NCBI GenBank assembly: GCA_963819685.1
Contig: CAWFXI010000011.1
Location: forward strand, 56,173-120,172
Origin: an uncultured Pseudomonadota bacterium
GTDB lineage: Bacteria > Pseudomonadota > Gammaproteobacteria > Steroidobacterales > Steroidobacteraceae
Direction: 5' to 3'
DNA: 64,000 bases
Numbering within the stretch: position 1 is the stretch's first letter; each line of letters begins with the position of its first letter. Of the stretch, positions 40,147-48,635 are shown piece after piece. A program made the position numbers and the translations under genes. Under the pieces are notes generated by a model. It saw only the letters and a list, made by a program, of their open reading frames with translations, made no database searches and had not been told where the DNA came from.

Positions 40147-42561
40147 TCAGAAGTTGAATCCCAGAACAAGGCCATAGGTCATTGGTGGCGCCAGCTGGGC
40201 ATACACGTTATAGCCGCGCTGGACGTTGTAGTTGGCCTGCGCAAAATAGGCCGAATCGAAGAGATTGTTGGCATAGCCAGTCAAGGTCCAGCGTCCACCC
40301 ACGGCCGCATAGCGGAGCCCGACGTCGAGCAGCGTATAGGCCTCCTGCTGGTAGGGTTTTCCCGTCGGACCATAGCTACCCGCTGTCGAGATGCCGCGGG
40401 AGGCTCGATACTGCGCGTCGAGGCTCAAATCCAGCGAACCGGTCAGCCACTGCCACGTATGCGTGTAACCGATGTTCAGCGCCCACGGCGTGGTGTTGGC
40501 CATCTGTTGACCGGAGTAGTCGAGGCCCCCGAAGGGCCGCAGATCAAACTCACGATAGCGGGCATGCAGATAGTTGACGCGGGCGCGAAAGCGGTCCCTC
40601 GGGCTCGCTGCCCAGTCGGCATCCAGGTCGGCTCCCCGGATGATTGCTCCATCCGTGTTGGTCACGGCGATCAGGAATAGTGTCGTGTCGGGAATGGGCG
40701 TCGCGTACGGCTGCTCCAGACTCTTGTAGTCCGTGTAGTACGCATTCAAGTTCACCTGCAGGCGGTCACCGAGGAAGCGGTTCTTCGACCCGATCTCGAC
40801 CGCAAAGACATCCTGCGGATCGAGTCGTGGCGTCGGTCCGAAGGCAAACGTGCCCGACTTGTAACCCGTTGCGATACTTGCAAACAGCATGTTTTGCGGC
40901 GTGACGTCGTAACTGACGCTGCCTTTGTAGGTCAACCGGTCCCAGTGATCAGCCTCCGGTGGTTCGTAGAAGCTGGAATCGGGAGGCGCCAGCACCAGGC
41001 TGGAGGAACGCTTGTGGTCGTAGTTGTAACGGGCACCGAGAGTCAGGTGCAGCCGGTCCGCCGGCGTGTAGGTGAACTGACCGAACGCGGCAGCCGCATC
41101 CGTTTCCTGCCCGAGAATCTGGATCTGGAATGGCAGCACGTCGCTGACGAGATCGCCGAATGTCGCCGTTCCGCCGTACTTGCTCTCATGGAAAAAATAG
41201 AGGCCGCCGACGTATTCGAAGGCTCGTGACGAAGGCGATGTCAGCCGCAATTCAGCGGTCGTTGAGCGGCCGAATTCCGTTGGACTGGTCAGGTTCTGGT
41301 TGCCGTAGACGCGATCGGACTGGGCGACGTCGCGATACGAAGCCTGCATCGTAAACATCGCGAAGCCCAGGTCGTGGTCGAACTCTACCGCTGTCCCCCA
41401 GAACTCCTGATTTTTCGAAGCGCGATCGGCCGCGCCATACAGCACACTGTTGTCCCGCAAGGGGGGCACTGCAATGCCATTGCCGGGATTGCCCGCCTCC
41501 ACCAGGTTGTCCGAGCTGCCCTTGGCCGTATTCCGCGAATAATCGCCAGTCACCAGCCAATGCGAGCGCTCACTGGCGGCCCAGGCAATGCCGATACGGG
41601 CCGATTGCTGGTCCGCATCGTCCAGTCCATTCGTGAAATAGCCATCGCGTATCAGGCTCTGGCCGGCCAGTCTTACCGCGACATCGGCATTGACCGGCAT
41701 ATTCAGCGCGGCCGTGGCCCGTTGCAGATGATCGCTGCCGATTTCCACCTCGCCGACTGCAGCGAATTCCGGGGCAGGTTTGCGCGTAATGACGTTGATG
41801 ACGCCCGCTGCGGCATTGCGTCCAAATACGGTACCTTGCGGGCCCGCCAGCACTTCAACGCGTTCCAGATCGAAGAACATGCCCGAGAGGCTGACCGCCT
41901 GGGAGATGTAGTTGCCGTTCAGATGTACGGCGGTGGGTGACTCCGAAGCGGCACCCGGAGCATTCGCGCGAATGCCGCGTATCGCGATGACCGGAGCCCC
42001 CGGGCCCTGCACCACCTGGATGTTCGAAGCGACCTTGTTGATCGTGCCGAAATCCTTGATGCCGGCCCGCTGCAACGTAGTTTCGGACATGACCTGTACG
42101 ACCACGGGGACGCTTTGCAGGGCCTCTTCCCGCTTCTGCGCCGTCACGATGATCTCCTCGATCATGCTTCTGGCGGGTGCTGAGACAGTTTCAGGATGAG
42201 GTTCCGGCGGTGCTGCCACTGCTGGTCGTGCTGTCGCCGGGACCACCAGTGCCTTTTGAATATAGATCGAGCGTGAGTCCGTCTGGCGCGCAACCAGACC
42301 CGTGCCGGCAAGCAGTCGCTCAAGGGCCTCATTCGCTGTCATGACGCCGTTCAGGTCCGGCGCTTCGCGGCCCGCGAGCAGTTCGCTCTCGAACAGGACA
42401 TTGACGCCGATCACCCGGCTGATACTAATGATTGAATCAGCGAGCGGCTGTCGCATGAGGTCGAATCGATAGGTTGTGGTCTGCGCCCACACGATGGGCG
42501 ACAGTGCAGTGAGGGCGACACCCAGCGTCACCGCGCGACTCACCACGACCCTCAACTTCAT
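40147..42561 (-). CDS. TonB-dependent receptor with N-terminal STN signalling domain (FecA-type transducer architecture)
   Basis: 804 aa. Signal peptide. STN-like YRFDLMRQPLADSIISISRVIGVNVLFESELLAGREAPDLNGVMTANEALERLLAGTGL. Plug (IIVTAQKREEALQSVP) and a barrel ending ...GLVLGFNF. Confidence 0.9.
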   Translation of the reverse strand: MKLRVVVSRAVTLGVALTALSPIVWAQTTTYRFDLMRQPLADSIISISRVIGVNVLFESELLAGREAPDLNGVMTANEALERLLAGTGLVARQTDSRSIYIQKALVVPATARPAVAAPPEPHPETVSAPARSMIEEIIVTAQKREEALQSVPVVVQVMSETTLQRAGIKDFGTINKVASNIQVVQGPGAPVIAIRGIRANAPGAASESPTAVHLNGNYISQAVSLSGMFFDLERVEVLAGPQGTVFGRNAAAGVINVITRKPAPEFAAVGEVEIGSDHLQRATAALNMPVNADVAVRLAGQSLIRDGYFTNGLDDADQQSARIGIAWAASERSHWLVTGDYSRNTAKGSSDNLVEAGNPGNGIAVPPLRDNSVLYGAADRASKNQEFWGTAVEFDHDLGFAMFTMQASYRDVAQSDRVYGNQNLTSPTEFGRSTTAELRLTSPSSRAFEYVGGLYFFHESKYGGTATFGDLVSDVLPFQIQILGQETDAAAAFGQFTYTPADRLHLTLGARYNYDHKRSSSLVLAPPDSSFYEPPEADHWDRLTYKGSVSYDVTPQNMLFASIATGYKSGTFAFGPTPRLDPQDVFAVEIGSKNRFLGDRLQVNLNAYYTDYKSLEQPYATPIPDTTLFLIAVTNTDGAIIRGADLDADWAASPRDRFRARVNYLHARYREFDLRPFGGLDYSGQQMANTTPWALNIGYTHTWQWLTGSLDLSLDAQYRASRGISTAGSYGPTGKPYQQEAYTLLDVGLRYAAVGGRWTLTGYANNLFDSAYFAQANYNVQRGYNVYAQLAPPMTYGLVLGFNF

Positions 42562-42759
42562 CCGAACCTCTCTGGAGTTTCGCCCCGATATCCGGGATTT
42601 TGGTCAGCACAGCTTACCAATGGGCCAGGGCGATCGCTGCACGACAAAATCTGACGACTGGCGCCGACGAACCCGCCCTGCGTACGGATGCCAGGGGCAG
42701 TCCGACACCGCGGCTGTGCGAGAATACCAATGGCTCGTCAATGATAGAGGGGGAGCAGG

Positions 42760-43236
42760 ATGCAGGCTTCGGGCGGTATATCGAAGATTCCGCAGGATCT
42801 GGGCGCGGGCCTGTTCCTGATAGCGCTATCTGGCATCGCTCTGTGGCAGGGATCGGACCTTGACACAGGCACTTTGCGGGAGATGGGGCCCGGCATGCTG
42901 CCTCGCGCCTTGGCGCTGTTGACCGGAATGTGTGGCCTGGCCATCGCGAGTCGCCCGGTGTGGTCCAGCGAGCAGCAGGAAGCCCTCGGGAACTGGTCGA
43001 TTCGCGGCAGCTTGTTCATTCTGGCGGCGGCACTGGTGTTCGCTTTTGCCATCCGCCCATTGGGTTTCACATTTGCGGGTCCGGCGGCGCTCGTGCTCGC
43101 CGCACTGGCAGGCCGCGAGACCCGGTGGATCGAAATCATCGTCTTTGCCGTGGTCATGACGGCCTTCTGCATGGTGCTGTTCCGGGTGCTGCTTGGCCTG
43201 CCGATTCCGGTAGCGCCGTGGCTACTGCAGTATTAA
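42760..43236 (+). CDS. tctB: Tripartite tricarboxylate transporter small membrane subunit TctB
   Basis: 158 aa with 4 TM helices. Located immediately upstream of tctA. Confidence 0.75.
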   Translation: MQASGGISKIPQDLGAGLFLIALSGIALWQGSDLDTGTLREMGPGMLPRALALLTGMCGLAIASRPVWSSEQQEALGNWSIRGSLFILAAALVFAFAIRPLGFTFAGPAALVLAALAGRETRWIEIIVFAVVMTAFCMVLFRVLLGLPIPVAPWLLQY

Positions 43237-43248
43237 GGCAGGGAACCC

Positions 43249-44754
43249 ATGGATACCCTGCTCGCCAATCTTGTCCTGGGGTTTGCGACGGCGCTGTCGC
43301 TGCAGAATATCGGTCTGTGTTTTGCAGGCTGTCTGGTCGGCACACTCGTCGGCGTGTTGCCCGGTGTGGGTCCCATTGCAACGATTGCAATGCTGTTGCC
43401 GCTGACGTTCAACATCGACCCGACCGGTGCCTTGATCATGCTCGCAGGCATTTACTACGGGGCCCAGTACGGCGGTTCCACCACGGCGATTCTGCTGAAT
43501 GTGCCCGGCGAAGCCACGTCCGTCGTCTCGACGATCGATGGCAATCAGATGGCACGACAGGGACGCGCCGGTATCGCACTGGGCTTGGCGGCCATCGGCT
43601 CGTTTGTCGCCGGAACGATCGCCACGCTGGTGATCGCGGGCCTGGCCGCACCCCTCACCCGACTCGCGCTGCTGTTCGGTCCCGCAGAATATTTCTCGCT
43701 GATGGTGCTGGGCCTGACGTTCGCAATGGTGTTGGCCCGCGGCTCCGTACTGAAAGCAGCAGCCATGATCATCGTCGGCGTGCTGCTATCGACGATCGGT
43801 ACCGATCTTGAAACCGGCGAAGAACGCTTGACGTTCGGCCTCACCGCGTTAAGTGACGGGATCGATTTCACGGTGCTTGCCATGGGACTGTTCGGGTTCG
43901 CCGAAATTCTGCGTAATCTGGAGAACCCCGAAGCACGCGGCGTACTGACGACAGCCATCGGACGGCTGCTGCCGTCGCGGGCTGACCTGCGCAAGGCATT
44001 GTGGCCCATCCTGCGTGGCACCGGCCTGGGTGCACTGCTCGGCATTCTGCCCGGGAACGGCGCAGTACTCGCCCCCTTCGCTTCGTATTCGCTGGAAAAG
44101 AAAATCGCGCGCGACCCCTCGCGATTTGGCAAAGGCGCCCTCGAAGGCGTCGCCGGCCCGGAATCCGCCAACAATGCGGGAGCGCAGACGGCCTTCATTC
44201 CACTGCTGACGCTCGGCATTCCTCCGAACGCCGTGATGGCACTCATGGTCGGCGCAATGACCATCCACGGCATCATTCCGGGCCCGCAGGTCATGACGCG
44301 CAACCCGGATCTGTTCTGGGGCATGATCGCCAGCATGTGGATCGGCAATGTGATGCTGTTGATCATCAACCTGCCGCTGGTGGGCATCTGGGTGAGATTG
44401 TTGCGGGTCCCCTACCGGTTGATGTTTCCGGCGATTCTGCTGTTCTGCTGCATCGGCATCTACTCGATCAACAACAACCCGTTCGATGTCGTGCTGACTG
44501 CCGTATTCGGTCTCGTCGGGTATGCTCTGCACAAGTTCGGTTATGAACCTGCCCCGCTGTTGTTGGGCTTTGTGCTCGGCAAGCTGCTCGAGGAAAAGCT
44601 TCGCCAGGCACTCGTCATCTCACGCGGCGGATTCATGACCTTTCTGGAGCGGCCGGTTTCCGCGGGACTGCTGCTCGTGGCGACACTGGTGCTGGTGCTG
44701 GCTGTGTTGCCAGCCATCCGCCGCGGACGTGAGCAGGCATTTCAGGAAGAGTGA
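43249..44754 (+). CDS. tctA: Tripartite tricarboxylate transporter large permease TctA
   Basis: 501 aa. GVLPGVGPIATIAMLLPLTF, YYGAQYGGSTTAILLNVPGE, GILPGNGAVLAPFASY. Confidence 0.9.
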   Translation: MDTLLANLVLGFATALSLQNIGLCFAGCLVGTLVGVLPGVGPIATIAMLLPLTFNIDPTGALIMLAGIYYGAQYGGSTTAILLNVPGEATSVVSTIDGNQMARQGRAGIALGLAAIGSFVAGTIATLVIAGLAAPLTRLALLFGPAEYFSLMVLGLTFAMVLARGSVLKAAAMIIVGVLLSTIGTDLETGEERLTFGLTALSDGIDFTVLAMGLFGFAEILRNLENPEARGVLTTAIGRLLPSRADLRKALWPILRGTGLGALLGILPGNGAVLAPFASYSLEKKIARDPSRFGKGALEGVAGPESANNAGAQTAFIPLLTLGIPPNAVMALMVGAMTIHGIIPGPQVMTRNPDLFWGMIASMWIGNVMLLIINLPLVGIWVRLLRVPYRLMFPAILLFCCIGIYSINNNPFDVVLTAVFGLVGYALHKFGYEPAPLLLGFVLGKLLEEKLRQALVISRGGFMTFLERPVSAGLLLVATLVLVLAVLPAIRRGREQAFQEE

Positions 44755-45743
44755 TCAAGGAACCTCTGATGATCCGGAATGTATTCATCGTTGCAGCGCT
44801 GCTCGGCTCGTCAGCAGGCATGGCCACGGCACCCGTCTATCCAACGCGCCCGATCACGATGATCGTGCCCTTCACGGCTGGCGGCCCTACCGATGTGATC
44901 GCGCGCATCGTCGGGGAACACATGTCGAAGACGCTTGGGCAAACGATCATCATCGAGAACGTGATCGGTGCCGGGGGCACCACCGGAAGTGCACGCGGCG
45001 CGCAGGCCGCGCCCGATGGTTACACGCTGACGATGGGCCACATGGGAACTCATGGTGCGGCGCCTGCACTCTACCCAAAGCTCAAGTACAACCCGACCAC
45101 GGACTTCGAGCCGGTCGGTATGGCTGCGGGTACACCGATCCTGATCATCGCGAAAAAGACGTTTCCTCCCAACACGCTCAAGGAATTCGTCACGTATCTC
45201 AAGGCCAACACTGCATCGGTCAATGAAGCGCACGCCGGCGTGGGTTCCGTGTCGTTCACGTCCTGCACGTTGCTCAATTCGCAACTCGGACTCAAGCTCA
45301 CGCAGGTTGCCTATCGCGGCACGGGCCCTGCAATGAACGATCTCGTCGCCGGCCAGGTCGACTTCATGTGCGACCAGATCGTCAACCTCGTCGAGCAGGT
45401 GAAGTCAGGCAACATCAAGGCATACGCCATCGCGACGCCGGAACGATCGCCTGCTCTGCCGAATGTGCCGACAACGAAGGAAGCCGGTTTGCCGGACTAC
45501 CAGGTCACCGCGTGGAATGCCGTATTCGCCCCAAAGGGTACGCCCCGTGACATCGTCACGAAGGTCAATGCAGCGCTCGACGGAGCACTGGATGACGCCA
45601 GCGTTCGCAAGCGGCTGCTTGAACTTGGCGCCGTTATTCCTCCCAAAGGCGAACGATCTGCTGCGTGGCTCGGCACGTTCGTAAAAAGTGAAGTTGCACG
45701 CTGGACTCCCATCCTGAAAGCAGCGGGAGCGAAGGGAGAATAG
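44751..45743 (+). CDS. tctC: Tripartite tricarboxylate transporter substrate-binding protein (Bug/TctC family)
   Basis: Signal peptide followed by YPTRPITMIVPFTAGGPTDVIARIV and AYRGTGPAMNDLVAGQVD. An alternative ATG lies at 44769. Confidence 0.85.
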   Translation: MIKEPLMIRNVFIVAALLGSSAGMATAPVYPTRPITMIVPFTAGGPTDVIARIVGEHMSKTLGQTIIIENVIGAGGTTGSARGAQAAPDGYTLTMGHMGTHGAAPALYPKLKYNPTTDFEPVGMAAGTPILIIAKKTFPPNTLKEFVTYLKANTASVNEAHAGVGSVSFTSCTLLNSQLGLKLTQVAYRGTGPAMNDLVAGQVDFMCDQIVNLVEQVKSGNIKAYAIATPERSPALPNVPTTKEAGLPDYQVTAWNAVFAPKGTPRDIVTKVNAALDGALDDASVRKRLLELGAVIPPKGERSAAWLGTFVKSEVARWTPILKAAGAKGE

Positions 45744-45805
45744 CACTGTCTGGACGTGCGGCTGCCTTTCTGGAGTATGGTAGTGGTAACACTAAAGGGT
45801 AAATC

Positions 45806-46189
45806 ATGACTCGCATCATTCTTGACGACTCCCGGATTCACCCTGCTATCCGGGAAATCATTACCGGGGCCGGTGACGGCATCATCCAGGAAGTGCAGGC
45901 CGCGGTTGCAGCGAACGGCGTTGTCGTCGTGGGCATGAAACAGAATCCTTTCCCGAAGAAGGCGCGCAAGTCACTGGATGACGCGGGCGTACTGTATAAA
46001 TATCTTGAGTACGGCAGCTACTTCAAAGGGGCGCGCCGGCGCCTGGCATTGAAGATGTGGACCGGGTGGCCGACGTTTCCGATGGTCTTCATCAACGGCG
46101 TTCTGGTCGGGGGCGCCGACGATCTTGCCAGATTGATCGTCAGCGGCGAGCTGAAATCACTACAGACCGGGAAAGCCGCGTCTTCGTGA
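45806..46189 (+). CDS. Glutaredoxin-fold (Grx4-like) protein lacking the active-site cysteine
   Basis: VVVVGMKQNPFPKKARKSLDDAGVLYKYLEY...WTGWPTFPMVFINGVLVGGADDLARLIVSGELKSL aligns with monothiol Grx (MKGSPKLPSCGFS...WPTFPQLWV.GELVGG.D). No Cys is present at the CGFS position. Confidence 0.6.
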   Translation: MTRIILDDSRIHPAIREIITGAGDGIIQEVQAAVAANGVVVVGMKQNPFPKKARKSLDDAGVLYKYLEYGSYFKGARRRLALKMWTGWPTFPMVFINGVLVGGADDLARLIVSGELKSLQTGKAASS

Positions 46190-46195
46190 AAGGCT

Positions 46196-46600
46196 CTAAG
46201 GTGCTGGTGAGATCCTGAGCAGCGCGCCGTCGTCTTCGTCTGTCACGACATACAGCAGGCCATCCGGACCCTGGCGGACGTCCCGGATGCGTTGATGCAG
46301 CTCTCCCAGCATCGCTTCCCGGCGTATTTCTTCCAGCTTGTCATTGAAGACAATGCGTTCGAGGCTTCCGGTACGGGGAACTTCGCCGCGCCGCAGACTG
46401 CCGACAAACAGGTTGCCAGTCCACGTCGGAAAACGCGTGCCGGTGTAAAGCGTCAACCCGCTGGGCGCATTCGACGGGTCCCACAGCAACAGCGGCTGTT
46501 CAGTATCAGGACCCAATGGCACAGCGGAGACTCTGGGGCCCTCGTACTTGCGACCAAAACTGTAGTCAGGCCAGCCATAGTTGCGCCCTGGCAGAATCAC
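46196..46600 (-). CDS. PQQ-dependent (GSDH/sorbosone dehydrogenase-type) sugar dehydrogenase, C-terminal part (frame-broken gene)
   Basis: ILPGRNYGWPDYSFG...LLWDPSNAPSGLTLY...GNLFVGSLR...VRQGPDGLLYVVTDED. Confidence 0.8.
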   Translation of the reverse strand: MILPGRNYGWPDYSFGRKYEGPRVSAVPLGPDTEQPLLLWDPSNAPSGLTLYTGTRFPTWTGNLFVGSLRRGEVPRTGSLERIVFNDKLEEIRREAMLGELHQRIRDVRQGPDGLLYVVTDEDDGALLRISPAP

Positions 46601-46610
46601 GTTGAGTTCG

Positions 46611-47432
46611 TCACCCCCATTGGGTCCGAACTCCGACTCCAGATACCGCCCCGGTCACCGGATGCACGATCAGCCCGCTCTGATCGCGATGCCCTAACGA
46701 GTAGATTTCCGGCCGTGCGCCTTTGCGTCCGACGAACGGATTGTCGGCAGGAATGCTGCCGTCGGTCTTGATGCGCAGGACTTTGCCGTAGGCGCTTGCC
46801 AGATCTGGTGCTTCACGGGTGGCCGGTGACCCGTTGCCCAGATACAGCATCGAGTCCGGTCCCACGGCAATTCGCGAGCCGCTAAGCGTGGGCCGTATTT
46901 CACCTGCAAAGAGTTCCTTCACGTCGAGCAGTCGCGTGCCATCGAACCGCGCGCGCGCCAGTACCATCGCTGTGGGCGGCCGCGGTGCTGGAGCCGCCTT
47001 GGGATCGGGCGGATACGCCCGGTTGAAGGTGAAGTACACGAAACCGTTCGTGGCGAACGCCGGGTCAACCACGATGTCCGTCAAGCCAACCGGAGCGGTG
47101 TCTATGGCGCCTGGTGGGAGCCCTTCAATTGATTGCGGCACCAGCGTGGCTGCCCCCGTGGCTTTCCTCACCAGCCGCAGCCTTGCGCCTCGCTCGATGA
47201 TCAGCGCATCCCCATTCGGCAGAAACGCGATGCTGTACGGATGCGCGAGCCCTCTGACAAGCACATCTACCCGAATACGATGCTGCTCCGCGGTATCGAA
47301 GGTGTACGACGCTTCCGTGAGAGTGACGGGTGCAACGCCGATATTGGGCGGAGCCTGGGCAATGGCCGCGTTCGACAGCATCACTGTGCCAGCCAGCAGC
47401 AGAGCCATTGCTTTTTTCGATGTCTTCTTCAC
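46611..47432 (-). CDS. PQQ-dependent sugar dehydrogenase, N-terminal part
   Basis: Signal peptide, then VLVRGLAHPYSIAFLPNGDALIIERGARLRLV...EIYSLGHRDQSGLIVHPVTG. The frame is lost at the CCCC run at 46649-46652. Confidence 0.8.
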   Translation of the reverse strand: MKKTSKKAMALLLAGTVMLSNAAIAQAPPNIGVAPVTLTEASYTFDTAEQHRIRVDVLVRGLAHPYSIAFLPNGDALIIERGARLRLVRKATGAATLVPQSIEGLPPGAIDTAPVGLTDIVVDPAFATNGFVYFTFNRAYPPDPKAAPAPRPPTAMVLARARFDGTRLLDVKELFAGEIRPTLSGSRIAVGPDSMLYLGNGSPATREAPDLASAYGKVLRIKTDGSIPADNPFVGRKGARPEIYSLGHRDQSGLIVHPVTGAVSGVGVRTQWG

Positions 47433-47693
47433 GGACTCGCTCCCCTGTTGGACTACAGCTCGTTGCCGCTCAGGTTACACGGGCTGCACTCATCGTACAG
47501 CGCCAGTTGACGGCGCGCCACGCGGCGTTCAATAGGTTGATGCAAAAGTCTGTCCGTGCCTTTTGCATCCGGAGTCAGCGAAAAGCGTGGTTTTCACTGA
47601 CTCCCAAAATCAACAAGTTAGAACTCGTCGATTTTGCCGAGTCGTTCGTGACTCGGGACAACAGGGTGATGCAAGACTCTCTGCAGCACCCTG

Positions 47694-48551
47694 TTAATGC
47701 GTCAAATCGTAGAGGGCGAAATTGACGGCCAGACGGATGCCGAGGTTGGAGTCTTCCTGGGGGTACTGGGGATCGTCCGCGTATTGCCAGGAGTCGCCGA
47801 GATCATTGTTGAAAGTGATCATCACCATCACCCGGCCCTCCTCATCCAGAATCGCTCGCCAGTGAGGGGTTGCGCCGTCGGCACGATAACCGCCATTCAG
47901 TCCGTTCCGGCGGATCGAACGCATGTTCCTGACCTGCCGCCGCTTCGTCAGATCATAGAACGGCGAAAAGATCGGATCATTGTCCGCAAGTTCCTGGATC
48001 GGTCGATCCGGAAAAACCTTTCTCAGTGTCGCCTCGAAGCCTTGCCATTCCCGCGTGCCGAAAAAGCTGTCGCACAACAGGAATCCGCCACGCATCAGAT
48101 AATCGCGCAGCTTTGCGGCCTGTGCCTCCGTGAGATCCCAACTGCCAACGTTGCTTGCCACGAGGAACGGCCAATCGAATACATCATCGCCGTCATCGAG
48201 ATCCACCGGTTGTTCAACGGAGCGTGCATCGATCGTTGTCAGGCGCCGCAGTAACCTGGCAAATTTGCGGTCGCCGAGCGGATAGTCGATCGTCCAGGAG
48301 GAATTGCCCGCTTTCCAGTCTCCGCCTCCGCTCCGGTCACCCCCTGCCGGCGGATACATGAGGCGCCCGAGAACAAAACCCGCGGGAACCTGGTAATCGG
48401 GCGGCAAGCTGGAGTCCGATTCAACCCCTTCGAGAGGCGGGTAGGCGCGAAACTCACGCTGTGCGTACAACGCGCCGCTGAACACCAGCAGCAGAGCGCC
48501 GATAGCGATAAGAGCATGGCCCCGAGCGAAAAGGTCCTTCAATCCCCGCAC
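47694..48551 (-). CDS. DUF4159 domain-containing protein
   Basis: N-terminal TM helix. FVLGRLMY...WTIDYPLGDRKFARLLRRLTTIDA...DWPFLVASNVGSWDLTEAQAAKLRDYLMRGGFLLCDSFFG...FPDRPIQELADNDPIF matches my recollection of DUF4159. Confidence 0.7.
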   Translation of the reverse strand: MRGLKDLFARGHALIAIGALLLVFSGALYAQREFRAYPPLEGVESDSSLPPDYQVPAGFVLGRLMYPPAGGDRSGGGDWKAGNSSWTIDYPLGDRKFARLLRRLTTIDARSVEQPVDLDDGDDVFDWPFLVASNVGSWDLTEAQAAKLRDYLMRGGFLLCDSFFGTREWQGFEATLRKVFPDRPIQELADNDPIFSPFYDLTKRRQVRNMRSIRRNGLNGGYRADGATPHWRAILDEEGRVMVMITFNNDLGDSWQYADDPQYPQEDSNLGIRLAVNFALYDLTH

Positions 48552-48635
48552 TCACGTTCCCCGCCGCAGATGTCTCCGCAGTATGCAGAAACGCGCGCGA
48601 AAAGCCGAACTGCGAATGCCCGGCCACCAGGCTCG

